A stretch of 63,963 nt of DNA, the filler included, from Chiloscyllium plagiosum (taxonomy: Eukaryota): assembly GCF_004010195.1 (NCBI RefSeq). It is 5 parts of one record of this genome, joined end to end, with 100 filler letters (N's around TTAATTAATTAA, not from the genome) between each part and the next. Parts side by side here need not be neighbours in the genome. Positions count along the whole stretch, not along the records: positions 1 to 21,016 come from NC_057716.1; 4 more parts are not named here. One strand, given 5' to 3'. Position numbers and translations under genes: made by a program. The notes beneath the pieces are model-generated. The model did no database searches. It was not told the DNA's origin and saw only the letters and a program-made list of their open reading frames with translations. Of this stretch, positions 1 through 12,329 are shown in pieces (position 1 is the first letter of the stretch; each line of letters opens with the position of its first letter).

Positions 1-235
1 CCATAGATTTAATTTTGTTCTTAACTAACAAGGCAACCCCGCCCCCACTGCCCACCTCCCTGTCTTTTCGATAAGTTGAAAACCCTTGGATATTTAACTG
101 CCAGTCCTGACCCCCCTGTAACCACGTCTCTGTGATGCCTACCACATCATAATCATTCACGATGATCTGTGCCATCAGTTCATCTGCTTTGTTACGAATG
201 CTACGAGCATTAAGGTAAAGTGCCTTAATGTTAAC
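1..235 (-). mobile_element. CR1 LINE ORF2 endonuclease N-terminus (continues off window)
   Basis: Open frame IKALYLNARSIRNKADELMAQIIVNDYDVVGITETWLQGGQDWQLNIQGFSTYRKDREVGSGGGVALLVK, with the APE motifs NARS, ITETW and GGGVA. Confidence 0.9.
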
Positions 236-249
236 TTTCTTATCATTAG

Positions 250-672
250 AGAGATTGAATAGACTGGAGTTGTTTTCCTTAAAGCAGGGGAGACTGAGGA
301 GAAACATGATTGAGATATATACACTTATGAAGGGTATAGACCAGGTAGTCAGGAAGGAAGTTATCCCCTTGGGAGAGGGATGAACAATCAAGGATAGAGT
401 TGAAGGTAAAGGGCAGGACTTTAGTGAGGATGTGAGGAAAATATTTTCATCCAGTGGTGGGAATCTGTAACTCACTGTCTATAAGGGTGACAGAGACAAA
501 AACGCTCACAACGTTTAAGAAATATTTAGATGCACACTTGCAGTGATAATACATACAAGGTTACAATTCAAGTGCTGGAAAACTAGCTTAGAATAGTTAG
601 GTTCTTGTATTTAACCTCTGCAGACTCAATAAGACTAAAGAGCCTTTTTATGTGCAATAAACTTCTATGAAT
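250..672 (+). mobile_element. CR1 LINE 3' end, degraded
   Basis: RLELFSL..RLRRNMIEIY-type ORF2 C-terminus followed by a CR1 3' UTR. Confidence 0.8.
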
Positions 673-1484
673 CTACGGCTTGCTACCTGTGTAATGTGGC
701 ACGCACATAGTCCTGCTTTATAACTTCATTGGTCTGACTCCTCATTTTTAGATATGCCTGATGCTGCTTTTGATATGCTCTCCTACACTTTCTGTTGAAT
801 CACTGGCTTGATCAAAATGGTACAGTGGAGAATATACCAGGCCATGAGGTGGCAGATTGTGTTGCATTATAAATCTGTTGCTGACACTCCACAGTACCTC
901 ATGGATACAGAGTTGCTAGATCTGTTTGAAGTCCATTTAGCAAAATAATAGTGCCAAATAACACGATGGAATGTATTGTCAATGTGAAGGCAGGACTGCA
1001 CAGGAATTATGCAGTGGTCACTCTTACCAAAACTGACATGGTCACATACATCTGCAGCCAGTGGGTTGGCACTGGTGAGGTCAAGTATTTTTTCTCCCTC
1101 TTGTTAGTTCCTACATCACCTGCTGCAGACTCTGTCTAGTAGCAATGTCCTTTAGGACCCAACCAGCTCAATCAGTAGTGTAGTTGCAAAGCCACTATTG
1201 CTGGTGGACATTGAAATCCATTACCCAGAGTACATGCTTCGCCCTCAACACCCTTACTGCTTCCTCAAAGTACTGTTCAGAATGAAAGAATACTGATTCA
1301 TCGGCCAAGGTGTGGGAGTATACACGGTAATCAGCAGGAAGCCATCAGACTTTATGAGATCTCAAGTCAACTTTGCGCACTCTCAAGACGACTTTTTCCT
1401 GACTGTATATCACTGCCAGCTCTGCTGAGTCTGTCCTGCCTACAAAACAGGACATACCCAGAGAAGGTGATTCTTGAACATTGT

Positions 1485-2685
1485 GCATCTGAGAAAGATG
1501 ATTGATGAAGGCAAGGTGGTGGATGCTGTCTATATGGATTTTAGCAAGATCTTTGACAAGGTCCCTCATGGCACACTGATACAGAAGGTAGAGTCACATG
1601 GAATCCATGATGAGCTGTAAGATTCATACAAAAGTGGCTTGGTCATAGATTACAGAGTGTAGCAATGGAAGTATGTTTTCTGACTGGAGATGCATGACCA
1701 GTGGTGTTCCACAGGAATCAGTGTTGGGACTCTTGTTGTTTGTAACATATAGAATTGATTTGAAAGAGAATGTAGATGATCTGATATAAGTTTGCGAACA
1801 ACATAATGAATTGGGGGAGTTACAGAGAGTAAGCAAGATTGGCAGAGGATAAAGTTGGACAGAGATAGGTTGGAGACTTGGGTGAAGAATTGGCAGATGG
1901 AATTTAATCCGGCCAAACGTGAGGTGATATATTTTGTCAGGTCTAATGCAGGAGGGAGGTATACAATAAATGGCAGAACACATAGAAGCATTAAAACACA
2001 GAGGGATGAAAGTGTATAGGTCTATAGATCCCTGAAAGTGGCAGCACAAGTGGATACGGTGGTCAAGAAGACATATGGTGCTTGCATTCATCAGTCAGGG
2101 TATAGAATATAAAAACTGGCAAATCACATTGCAGCTAAATAGAACTTCAGTTAAGTCACGTTTGGAATATTGCATGTATTCTGGTTGCCACACTACCAGA
2201 AGGATGTGGAGGCTTTGAAGAAGATACAGGGAAGATATACTAGGATATTGCCTGATTTGGTGTGTACTATATTAGCTGTGAGGTGAGATTGAGTAACTTG
2301 GTTTGGTTTCACTTATTTGTCAGAGGGTGAGGAGTTCACAAAATAGAAGTTCACAAAACTATGAAAGGCATAGTTGAAATAGATAGTCAGAATCTTTTTC
2401 CCAGGTGACATATGTTTAAACTAAAAGAGGGTAAGTTTAAAGGAAATGTGATAGAGAGGTTTTATTACACAGAGAGTAGTGAGTGCCTGAAATATGCTGT
2501 CAGAGCAGGTGGTAGAAGCAGATACAATAGCAATGTATAAGAGGCATCGGACAGATATATGAATAAACTGGGAATACAGACTGCATAGCGGCAAAAGGTT
2601 TTTCGTTCAGAAAGGCATCATGTGTCAGTGCAGGTTTGGTGGGCCAAAGGGCTTATTCCTGAGCTATACTGTTTTTTGTTCTTTG
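1485..2685 (+). mobile_element. CR1 LINE 3' portion (RT to 3' UTR)
   Basis: Motifs VDAVYMDFSKIFDKVPH, SGVPQESVLG and WQMEFNPAKREV, then a CR1 tail. Many stops and frameshifts. Confidence 0.9.
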
Positions 2686-2745
2686 AAAGGTATGATTCTG
2701 AGTATGACTGTGTACGGTTATTGCTTGACTAGTTTGTGAGATAGC

Positions 2746-3713
2746 ACAGCCGATCATGCAGCATCTGAGAAGCAGGAGATTGAGGGCGGTGTCAAGTTAG
2801 AAGGTTGGATCTGAGATAAGGTGGGAGGAGGGGAAAGGAGGAAACTGGTGAAATCCACATTGATCCCGTGTGGTTGGAGGGTCCCAAGGTGGAAGATGAG
2901 ACATTCTTCCTCCAGGCGTTGGGTGGCTCGAGTTTGACAATGAAGAAGGCCCAGGACTTGCAATTCCCTAGCGGTGTGGGAGCGGGAGTTAAACTGTTCA
3001 GCCACAGGGCAGTGGGGTTCACACCTCATCATCAAACTATCCTCTCCCAGACCATCCACAACCTCATCACTTCAGGGGATCTCCCAACAGCCTCAACTCA
3101 GTCCAGGAACCCCATCAACCTCATCACTTCAGGGGATCTCCCACCAACAGCCTCAACTCAGTCCAGGAACCCCATACCACACAGTTCTACAACCTTACCA
3201 TCCTGTAGCCAAACATTTTAACCCCCCCTCCCACTCCACCAAGGACATGTAAGTCCTGGGCCTCCTCCACCGCCAAACTCTAGCCACCCAACACTTGGAA
3301 GAGGAATGCCTCATCTTCCGCCTTGGAGCCCTCCAATCACATGGGATCAATGTGGATTTCACCAGTTTCCTCATTTCCCCTCCCCCCACCTTATCACAGA
3401 TACAACCTTCTAACTTGGCACCATCCTCTTGAACTGTCCTGCCAGTCCATCTTCCTTCCTAACTATCCGTTCCACCCTCATCTCCAATCTATCACTTTCA
3501 GTCCCACCATCATCTACCTCTCGCTTTCCCAGCTACGTTACCATCAGCCACACCCCCTCTCATTTATCTTTCAGCCTTTTGGGCCACACCCTCATTCCAG
3601 ATAAAGGGCCTATGCTCAAAACATTGACTCTCCTGCTCCTCGGATGCTACCTGGCCTGCTGTGCACCACACTCTTCGACTCTGATCTCCAGCATCTTTAG
3701 TCCTCACTTTCTC
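2746..3713. mobile_element. Penelope-like element, rearranged with an inverted segment
   Basis: GIY-YIG C-terminus on minus (PVAEQFNS..H..LEEECLIFHLGTLQPHGINVDF). RT N-terminal piece (QTIHNLITSGDLP, duplicated) and a second GIY-YIG C-terminus plus 3' repeat on plus. Flanked by a perfect 17-bp duplication CTAGTTTGTGAGATAGC (2729-2745, 3714-3730). Confidence 0.85.
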
Positions 3714-4239
3714 CTAGTTTGTGAGATAGCTTTCCTGATTTTCGCAGGAGCCTCTTGATATTAGTGAGAACTTTGCAGGGTAGACAGACTGCCAGTACTG
3801 ATGTCAATGTCAAGTGACCCATTTGAAGGGCATTTATGAATCAACCACACTGGTGCACGTCACAGGACAGATCAGGTAAGGACAGCAGTCCCTTCTCTAA
3901 AAGGCCAGACAGGTTTTTAATGTCAATTGACAATGATTTTTAATGACTTTCAATTTCAGATTTTTATTAAACTCAAATTCCTCAATTTGCCAATTACTAG
4001 CCCAGCGACATTACCACTATGCTATCATTTCTCCTCTAAATATCCTTTATGTTTCTAACTGTTCTTAACTTCCCAAATTCTGCAGTTCCACAATGCTCTC
4101 TATGCTATTACCAATTCTATGCTTGTGTATTTAATAACGAGCAGGTTTTATTTAATCTCCAATGCTAACTTATTGCTTAATTGTTCAATTTAGAGTGCAA
4201 ATAAATAACTGAAGACTCACAATTTATGTTCAGACTCCA

Positions 4240-4545
4240 TGTGACATGAATGACTGAATTCATAGCATTCTCATCCCTCAGTCTGGAGGTTGCAGGTTTA
4301 CGTCCCACTCCAGGAACTGAGCACAAAATATCAGGCTGACACTTCAGTGCAGTGCGAAGAGAGTGCTGCTTTGTCAAAAGTGCTGTCTTTCAAATATGAT
4401 GTGAAACAAGGCCCCATTTTGCCTGTACATGTGGACATAACAGATCCTAAGGGATGCTTTGAAGATGAGCAGCTATTTCTGGTGTCTTAACCAGCATTTA
4501 TCTTTCAACCAACATCAGATTATCTGGTCATTGTCATATTAATTG
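4240..4545 (+). mobile_element. SacSINE1/DeuSINE-like SINE, old
   Basis: tRNA-like head (GGTTTACGTCCCACTCCAGG) followed by a Deu-domain-like core (GGCTGACACTTCAGTGCAG...CAGATTATCTGGTCATTGTCA). Confidence 0.7.
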
Positions 4546-4635
4546 GAATGATGTCAGCCAGGTGGATCTCATAGAATATAAGTTGTCTGATAGCGGCTCT
4601 TAACCTGGTCCAATCAGGAAGCCCTAGCTGACAGA

Positions 4636-6225
4636 CATTTAAGAAAGGTGGTAAGGAAAAGCCAGGGAACTATAGACCAGTAATCATGATTTGGAGATGC
4701 TGGTGTTAGACTGGGGTGTACAAAGTTACAACTATCATAACACCAGGTTATAGTCCAACAGGTTTAATCGGAAGCACTAGCTTTCAGAGTGCTGCTCCTT
4801 CATCAGGTGGTTGTATGTACTCCACAACCACCTGATACAGAAGCAGAGTGCTTCCAATGAAACCTGATGGACAATAACCTGGTGTTGAGGGAATTCTGAG
4901 AGGCAAGATTTACATGTAATTGGAAAACAAGGATGGATTAAGGCTAGTCAACATGGCTTTGTACATGGGAAATCATGTCTCACTAAGTTGATTGAGTTTT
5001 GTGAAGAAGTAAAAAAACAGAAGATGAAGGCAGAATGATGGACGTGATCTATATGGACTTCAATAAGGTGTTTGGCAAGATTCCTTGTGGTACACTGGTT
5101 AACAAGGTTAGATCTCATGGAATACAAGGAGAACTAACCATTTGGATACAGAACTGGCTCAAAGGTAGAAGACAGAGGGTGGTGATGGAGAGTTACTTTT
5201 CAGACTGGAGGCCTGTGATCTGTGATGTGCCATAAGGATTGGTGCTGGGTCCACTGTTTTTCGCCATTTATACAAATGATTTGGATGTGAACATAGGAAG
5301 TATGGTTAGTAAGTTTGCAGATGACACCAAAATTGGAGGTGTAGAGGTCAGTGAAGAAGTTTACCTCAGAGTACAACAGGATTTTGACCAGATGGGCCAA
5401 TGGGCTGAGCAGTGGCAGATGGAGTTTAATTTAGATAAATGTGAGATACTGTATTTCGAAAAGGCAAATCAGGGCAAGCGTATACACTTAATGGTAAGGT
5501 CCTGGGGAGTGTTGCTCAACAAAGTGTACGGGTTCATAGTTCCTTAAAAGTGGAGTCGCAGATAGATAGGATAATAAAGAAGGTGTTTGGTATGCTTGCA
5601 TTTATTGGTCAGTGCTTTGAGTATCAGAGTTAGGAGGTCATGTTGTGCCTGTACAGGACATTGGTTAGGCCACTTCCAGAATACTGCATGCAATTCTGGT
5701 CTCCCTGCTATAGGAAGGATGTTCTGAAACTTGAAAGGGTTCTGAAAATATTTACAAGGATAATGCCAGAGTTGGAGTGTTTGAGTTATAGGGAGAAGTT
5801 GAATAGGCTGGAGGGTTAATTTCTCTGGAGGGTCACAGCCTGTTCTGTGACCATACAGAGGTTTATAAAATCATGAGGTGCATGGATAGGATGAATAGAC
5901 AAGATATTTTCCCAGGAATGGGGAAGTCAAAACCTGGAGGGCATAGGTTTAAGGTGAGAGGGGAAAGATTTAAAAGGGACATAAAAAGCAACTTTTTCAA
6001 ACAGAGTGATACGTGTATGGAATGAGCTGCCAGAGGAAGTGGTAGAGGCTCGTACAATTATAACATTTAAAAGGTACCTGGATGGGTATATCAATAGAAA
6101 GGGCTTAGAGGTATATGGGTAAAATGCTGGCAAATAGGACTAGATTTATTTAGGATCACTGATCGGCATGGACCAGTTGGACTGAAGGGTCTGTGCCCAC
6201 GCTGTACAGCTCTATGACTCTATAT
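4636..6225 (+). mobile_element. CR1 LINE RT and 3' end
   Basis: Motifs KPGNYRPV, GKSCLT, MDFNKVF and VSKFADDTKIGG, ending in a (CTCTATGA)-type tail. Confidence 0.92.
4686..4887. mobile_element. PLE-derived fold-back element (family B) inserted in CR1
   Basis: Inverted arms (AACACCAGGTTATAGTCC ... GGACAATAACCTGGTGTT) with a hammerhead-like core on minus at 4775-4809. Same family as 20744-20920. Confidence 0.65.
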
Positions 6226-6328
6226 AGACTGTGTCAGGGGTTCTACTCACTCTAGGAGCTAGCACAGGGCTCGCTGAGTCAGTGTGTACGTGTAAATAAA
6301 AGGTGACTTGGTGATGAGATACTGGCCT

Positions 6329-6639
6329 TTAGATTAGATTACTAACAGTGTGGAAACAGGCCCTTCACCCCAATAAGTCCATACCGACCCGCCAAAGAGC
6401 AACCCACCCAGACCCATTCCCCTACATTTTTCCGCCACACCTAACACTACAGGCAATTTAGCATGGCCAATTCACCTAATCTGCACATTTTTGGACTGTG
6501 GGAGGAAACCAGAGCACCCGGAGGAAACCCACACAGACACGGGGAGAATGTGCAAACTCCACACAGACAGTTGCCTGAGGCGGGAATTGAACCCAGGTCT
6601 CTGGCGCTGTGAGGCAGCAGTGCTAACCACCGTGCCACC
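6329..6639 (-). mobile_element. HE1-type V-SINE
   Basis: tRNA-derived A/B boxes (GGTGGTTAGCACTGCTGCCTCAC..GGTTCAATTCCC), V-domain core and (AATCT)n tail. Confidence 0.9.
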
Positions 6640-6777
6640 TTCATGGAGTTATTTTAATTTTTGCATTAGAATTTTTGAGAGTTTCCTATTTGGCAGTTGA
6701 ATTTCCTAAATTATAGCAGTAATACACTTCAGGTGTGTTTGTTGGAATGTTCATGATCAGGGAAGATGGAAATGGAA

Positions 6778-7080
6778 CTAGCACTGCTGCCTCACAGCAC
6801 CAGAGATGCAGGTTCCATTCCCACCTCAGGCAATTGTCTGTGTGGAGTTTGCACATTCTCCCCTGTCTGTGTGGGTTTCCTCCGGGTGCTCTGGTTTCCT
6901 CCCACAGTCCAAAAATGTGCAGATTACATGAATTGGCCATGCTAAATTGCCCATAGTGTTAGCTGCATTAGTCAGGAGTAAATATAGGGAAATGGGTCAA
7001 GGTGGGTTACTCTTCGGAGGGTCAGTGTGGATTTGTTGGGCCGAAGGGACTGTTTCCACACTGTAGGGAATCTAATCTAA
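6778..7080 (+). mobile_element. HE1-type V-SINE
   Basis: Same consensus as 6329-6639, ending in AATCTAATCTAA. Confidence 0.9.
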
Positions 7081-7314
7081 AAGTTTTTGTGTCTTTTCCA
7101 TTAGCTACAGTATTACTTTTCTCTTCACTCTATTTGTTTCATTCCTTAGATTATTATAATAGTGATAAAAATTGACTAGTGTATTTTGACGTTTTGCATC
7201 TGATTTTAATACCTAGGACATTTTGGGAACTGAAATCATTTTAAAAAAGGATAATATAGAATTAAGACAACTGCAGTGGCCACCAAATCAGGGTGAGCAA
7301 ACTCCATATGTAAG

Positions 7315-8012
7315 AATCATAGAGTCATAGAGGTGTACAGCATGGAAATAGACCCTTAGGTCCAACTCATCCATGCTGACCAGATATCCTAACCTAGTCT
7401 AGTCCCACTTCCCAGCACTTGGCCCATACTCTCTAAACTCGAGAGTGTGGTGCTGGAAAAGCACAGCAGGTCAGACAGCATCCAAGGAGCAGGAAAACCG
7501 ATGCTTTGGGCAAAAGCCCTTCATCAGGAATGACGCTGGGAGCCTCGGGGGTGGAGAGACACACCCGGCGCCTGGAGGAAGAACGCCTCATCTTTCCCCT
7601 CGGGACTCTCCAACCGCATGGCATCAATGTGGATCTCAGCAGTTTCCTCATTTCCCCTCCCCCAAACGTATCCTAGTTCCAACCTCCCAGCTCAGCACTG
7701 TCCTTCACCTCTGCTACCTTCCCCCAGCCCCAGCCCCAGCCCCTCCCATTTATTTCTCCACTTCCACTCCCAAGGCCCACATTACTGATGAAGGACTCTG
7801 ATCTCCAGCATCTGCAGTCTTCACTTTCACCATATCCTCTGAAACCTTCCTATTCATATACCCATCCAGATGTCTTTTAAATATTGTAATTGTACCAGCC
7901 TCCACCACCTCCTCTGGCAGTTCATTCCATATACGCACCACCCTCTATTTGAAAACGTTGCCCCTTAGGTCCTCTTAAACGTTTCCCCTCTCACCCTGAA
8001 CCTATGCCCTCT
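7315..8012 (-). mobile_element. CR1 3' end interrupted by a PLE fragment (7439-7828)
   Basis: VRIWNELPEEVVEAG..FKRHLDGYMN motif and CR1 tail. The insert carries PLE terminal repeats and LEEERLIFPLGTLQPHGINVD. Confidence 0.85.
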
Positions 8013-8897
8013 AGAATGAGACCCAAAGTCATTGTTATAAAAAGGCATTGAAACGCAGAACTATATCTCCTCGTCAGTTCATACCTTTGTGGAAATTTCG
8101 CAAACTGGGATGAAAGTTGCATGCAGGTTTTCCAGCTTGAAAAAACAGTGAATCCAAACACAGAAATACACAAGTGAATTGCATTTTGGGCAAGAGTCTT
8201 TGGACAATGGAAAAGGGTGCTGTTTTTTGAGAGGCTGAAAGAAATGCAGTGAGAGACAGAGATTCCCATTAATGCTGTTATCAATCCACTTTCCTTTCCC
8301 CAGTCCCAGATATCAAAATCACACAGTGCAAGTTGAAATTTCCCAGTCCATTTTTACCACAAATAAGAACATCCAATCACCAAGAACCCAAGATCATCTC
8401 CAAATTTTGCCACTGCTGAAGATGCAATGAAACCACTATGGTCTCTGATCAAAATCTATCATCTAACTTACTTTTTAAAAAAGTGCCTATTCTCACTCCT
8501 TTTTACCTGGTCAAAACAAGGTTCCCCCACATTAACCTTACAAGCACACTTCCAGACCTTTCTGGTGAAGCCCCACTGTTTCTAAATTGAATTTTCCAAG
8601 CTCAAAATCAATTTGAAATTTGCACGTATAAACATGGTAACATGTTTAAGGATCTCTACTCTCAGATTCACAATGTAAGTAATTTTATTAAAAGGGCAGT
8701 TGCTATTTCTGATACAGCACCCAACAATACTTCAATCAAGTGGATAACCATTCTGTATGTTTAGCATTTCTCTTTAGAAGCTACAAAATGACCAGATGGC
8801 CATAACTAATAATGAGCATCAATGGAAAACTGACAGGAAGGCATGAATTGAATAAGGAAAGCATGTGATAAAGAATATGCAATAAATCCTAACCACT

Positions 8898-10700
8898 CAT
8901 GGAGTCATAGAAATTACAGCACGGAAACAGACCCTTCAGTCCAATCCATCCATGCCAACCAACATATTAGATAGGATTAGTCCCATTTGCCAGCATTTGG
9001 CTCAAATTCATCTAACTGTTCCTATTCATATGTCCATCCAGATGTCTTTTAAATGTTGTATTTGTACCAGCCTCCACTTCTCTGGCAGTTCATTCCACAC
9101 AAGCACCATCCTCTGTACAACTGACAAAGTTGCCCATTAGGTCCCTTTTAAATCTTTCCTCTCTCACATTAAACCTATGCCCTCTAGTTTTTGATTTCTC
9201 CACCCTGGGGAAAAGGTCTTGTCTATTTATCCTATCACCTCATGATTTTGTAAACCTCTGTAAGGTCACCCCACAGCCTCTGAAACTCCAAGGAAAATAG
9301 CCCCAGCCTCTCCCTATAGCTCAAACCCTCCAAACCTGAAAACATACTTATAAATCCTTTCTGAACCCTTTCAAGTTTCACAACATCCTTCCCATGGCAG
9401 CGAAACCAGAATTGCTTGCATTTTCCAGTAGTGGCCCAACTAACGTCCTGTTGGATGCGAGCATAAGAGGTACAGTTAGTAAGTTTGCAGATGGCACCAA
9501 AATTGGAGGTGTAGTGAACAGCAAAGAGGATTACCTCAGATTACAACAGGATCTGGACCAGATGGGCCAATGGGCTGAGAAGTGGCAGATGGAGTTTAAT
9601 TCAGATAAATACGAGGTGTTGCATTTTGGGAAAGCAAATCTTAGCAAGACTTATACACTTAATGGTAAGGTCCTAGGGAGTGTTGCTGAACAAAGAGACC
9701 TTGNNNNNNNNNNNNNNNNNNNNNNNNNNNNNNNNNNNNNNNNNNNNNNNNNNNNNNNNNNNNNNNNNNNNNNNNNNNNNNNNNNNCATGGATAGGGTAA
9801 ATAGGCAAAGTCTTTTCCCTGGGGTCGGGGAGTCCAGAACTAGAGGCATAGGTTTAGGGTGAGAGGGGAAAGATATAAAAGAGATCTAAGGGGCAACTTT
9901 TTCTCGCAGAAGATGGTCCGTGTATGGAATGAGCTGCCAGAGGATGTGGTGGAGGCTGGTATAATTGCAACATTTAAGAGGCATTTGGATGGGTATATGA
10001 ATAGGAAGGGTTTGGAGGGATATGGGCCGGGTGCTGGCAGGTGGGACTAGATTGGGTTGGGATATCTGGTCGGCATGGACGGGTAGGACTGAAGGATCTG
10101 GTTCCATGCTGTGCATCTCTATGACTCTATGACTATAAATAAACCTCCCAACTCCGATACTCAGTGCACTGACCAATAAGGGCAAGCATCCCAAATGCTT
10201 TCTTCCTTATCCTATCTACCTGCGACTCAACTTTCAAGGAAATATGAACCTGCACTACAAGATCTTGTTGTTCAGCAACACACCCCAGGACCTTACCATT
10301 AAGTGTATAAGACCTGCTCCGATTTGCCATTCTGAAATAAAGCACCTCATATTCATCTAAATAAAACTCCATCAGACACTCCTCAGCTCATCGGCCATCT
10401 GATCAAGATCCTGTACTCTGAGGTAACCTTCTCCGCTGTCCACTACACCTCAATTTTGGTGTCATCTGCAAACTTACTAAGCATACCTCCTATGTTCACA
10501 TCCAAATCATTCATGTAAATGATGAAAATCAGTGAACCCAGCACCGATCCTTGTGGCATGTAACTGGTCACAGGCTTCTAATCTGATAAGGAACCTTCTA
10601 CCACCCCTCTCTGTCTTCTACCTTCAAGCCAACTGCCTAGTTCTGCCTGTATTCCATGTGATCTAACCTTGCTAACCAGCCTACCACAAGGAACCTTGTC
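8898..10700. mobile_element. Cluster of three CR1 fragments (minus 8898-9450, plus 9451-10135, minus 10140-10700)
   Basis: RT motifs SKFADGTKIGG, WQMEFN and WNELPE in alternating orientation. Assembly gap at about 9704-9786. Confidence 0.88.
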
Positions 10701-10782
10701 ACTCCCATCTACATCGTTGGCATGCTTGCCTTTTCCAGAACACTTTTTAAGCTATAGAGATCATATACAAAATGAAATTTAT

Positions 10783-11890
10783 AGAATCACTGAATTTTAC
10801 AGTACAAAAGAAGGCCACTTGACCCATCATGTCTACACCAGTTCCTCAAGAGCTACCAGCTAGTCCCATTCTCCAGCCCTACATCCCTTGCCCTCTAAAT
10901 TCATCACTTTCAAATATATATCCAGCTCTCTCCCAGGCAGTGCATTCCAAATCCTAACATCTCTCCGAGTAAAGAAGGTTCTCCTCATCTCACACCTTGC
11001 TCTCTCACTGACAGTCTTGAAATTGTGACAGCCCTAGTTACTGACATACCAATGAGTGGAAACAGGATATCCTCCTTTACCCTGTCAAAATTGTTCATAA
11101 TCTTGAACTCCTCAATGAAGTCACCTCTTAAGCTTCTCTGCTCAGAAGAATAAGCCCAATTTCTCGAAGCTTTCCTTGTACCTAAAATCCCTCATTCCTG
11201 GTATCATTCTAGTAAATCTCCCTTAAACATTCTCCAGGGCCTTCCTTAAATAAGGTGTCCAAAACTGAACACAAAACTCCAAAAATGGTCTGATCAATGA
11301 TGTGTAAAGGTGTAGCACCACCTACACTCCATGCCTCTATTTATAAACTGAAGGATCCTATAAGCCTTCTTTTGAACTGTTTCAACTTGCTTGGCCAAGA
11401 TTCGGAGAATCGTGCATGTGAACCACAAGGTCCCTCTGCCACTGAACTCCTCGCAAAGTTGTACCATTAAGCCTGTATTGTCTCTCTTTGTTTCTTCCAC
11501 CAAAATGCATTACCTCACATTTCATTGCATTGAAATTCATCTGCCAGATCATTTGGCCAACTTAACAAAGTTGCCCTGAGATTGATCAGTATCATCCTCA
11601 TAATTCAATACTCTCCTCAGCATAGTATAATTTGCAAATTTAGAGATTTTGCCCTCAACACCCATCTCCGAATTGTGTATGCCAATCCAAAAAGACAATG
11701 GTCCCAACAACAATCCCTGAGGAGCAACACTTTCAACTCGTTTCCAATCCAAGAAATGTCCATCTATACCTGCCCCCTCAAACATTTCTAATTTGCTAAC
11801 CAACCTGCTTTGTGGAACCATACTGAAGGCTTTCCAGAATTCCAAATATTCAATATCCACATCACTACCCTCATGCATTGCTCGTATCTT
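10783..11890 (-). mobile_element. CR1 LINE 3' portion, older subfamily
   Basis: Motifs EFWKAFSMVPQ, APQGLLLGPL and ISKFANYT, with a tail near 10783. Confidence 0.82.
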
Positions 11891-12329
11891 CATAAATACA
11901 GTTCAAAAAATATATACATAGATATAACAGTTTGCTTCAGTTTGTAATATTGCAATCACTGAGTTGGGAGATTGCAGGTTCAAAGTATCAAAGTGATTGG
12001 ATACAGAGCAGGGAATTGCTGCAATTGCTGTGAATACAGATTTATTCCAATCAAGTTATAGCATTGGTGACCAAGGTGACTTCATCAGACCAAGTCCCTA
12101 ATGTGTAATTCAGATAGATACCCAGATAGTGTTGTCTTGCCAGAGCTTCAATCTTTTGAATGTATTGTGAAACTAAAGCCCTCAGATAGATATAAAAGAT
12201 CTAATGCTGCTACTCAAAAAGAACCACCAAACCCTCCAATGCCATTTCTAATAGTAGATTTGGAGGTAGTGAGCACTTTGGTGATAGTGACCACAGTTCG
12301 GTTATGTTTACTTCAGCGATGAAAACGGA

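Larger units (their letters stand above)
690..3800 (-). mobile_element. Old CR1/L2-superfamily LINE endonuclease region, host of nested CR1 and PLE insertions
   Basis: Degraded APE motifs on the minus strand in pieces at about 690-1480, 2690-2745 and 3714-3800. The pieces rejoin when the inserts are removed. Confidence 0.6.
4545..6660 (+). mobile_element. Short solo-LTR-like repeat split by CR1 and SINE insertions
   Basis: Pieces at 4545-4640, 6225-6328 and 6640-6660 reassemble into the same ~200-bp repeat seen at 21617-21813, with CCAAT, AATAAA and a GGAGTTATTT end. Confidence 0.55.

Noticed and set aside
3056..3173. About 60-bp tandem repeat as a CRISPR-like or functional array
   Set aside because: It has two units with no spacers and is a local duplication inside a PLE RT fragment in eukaryotic DNA.
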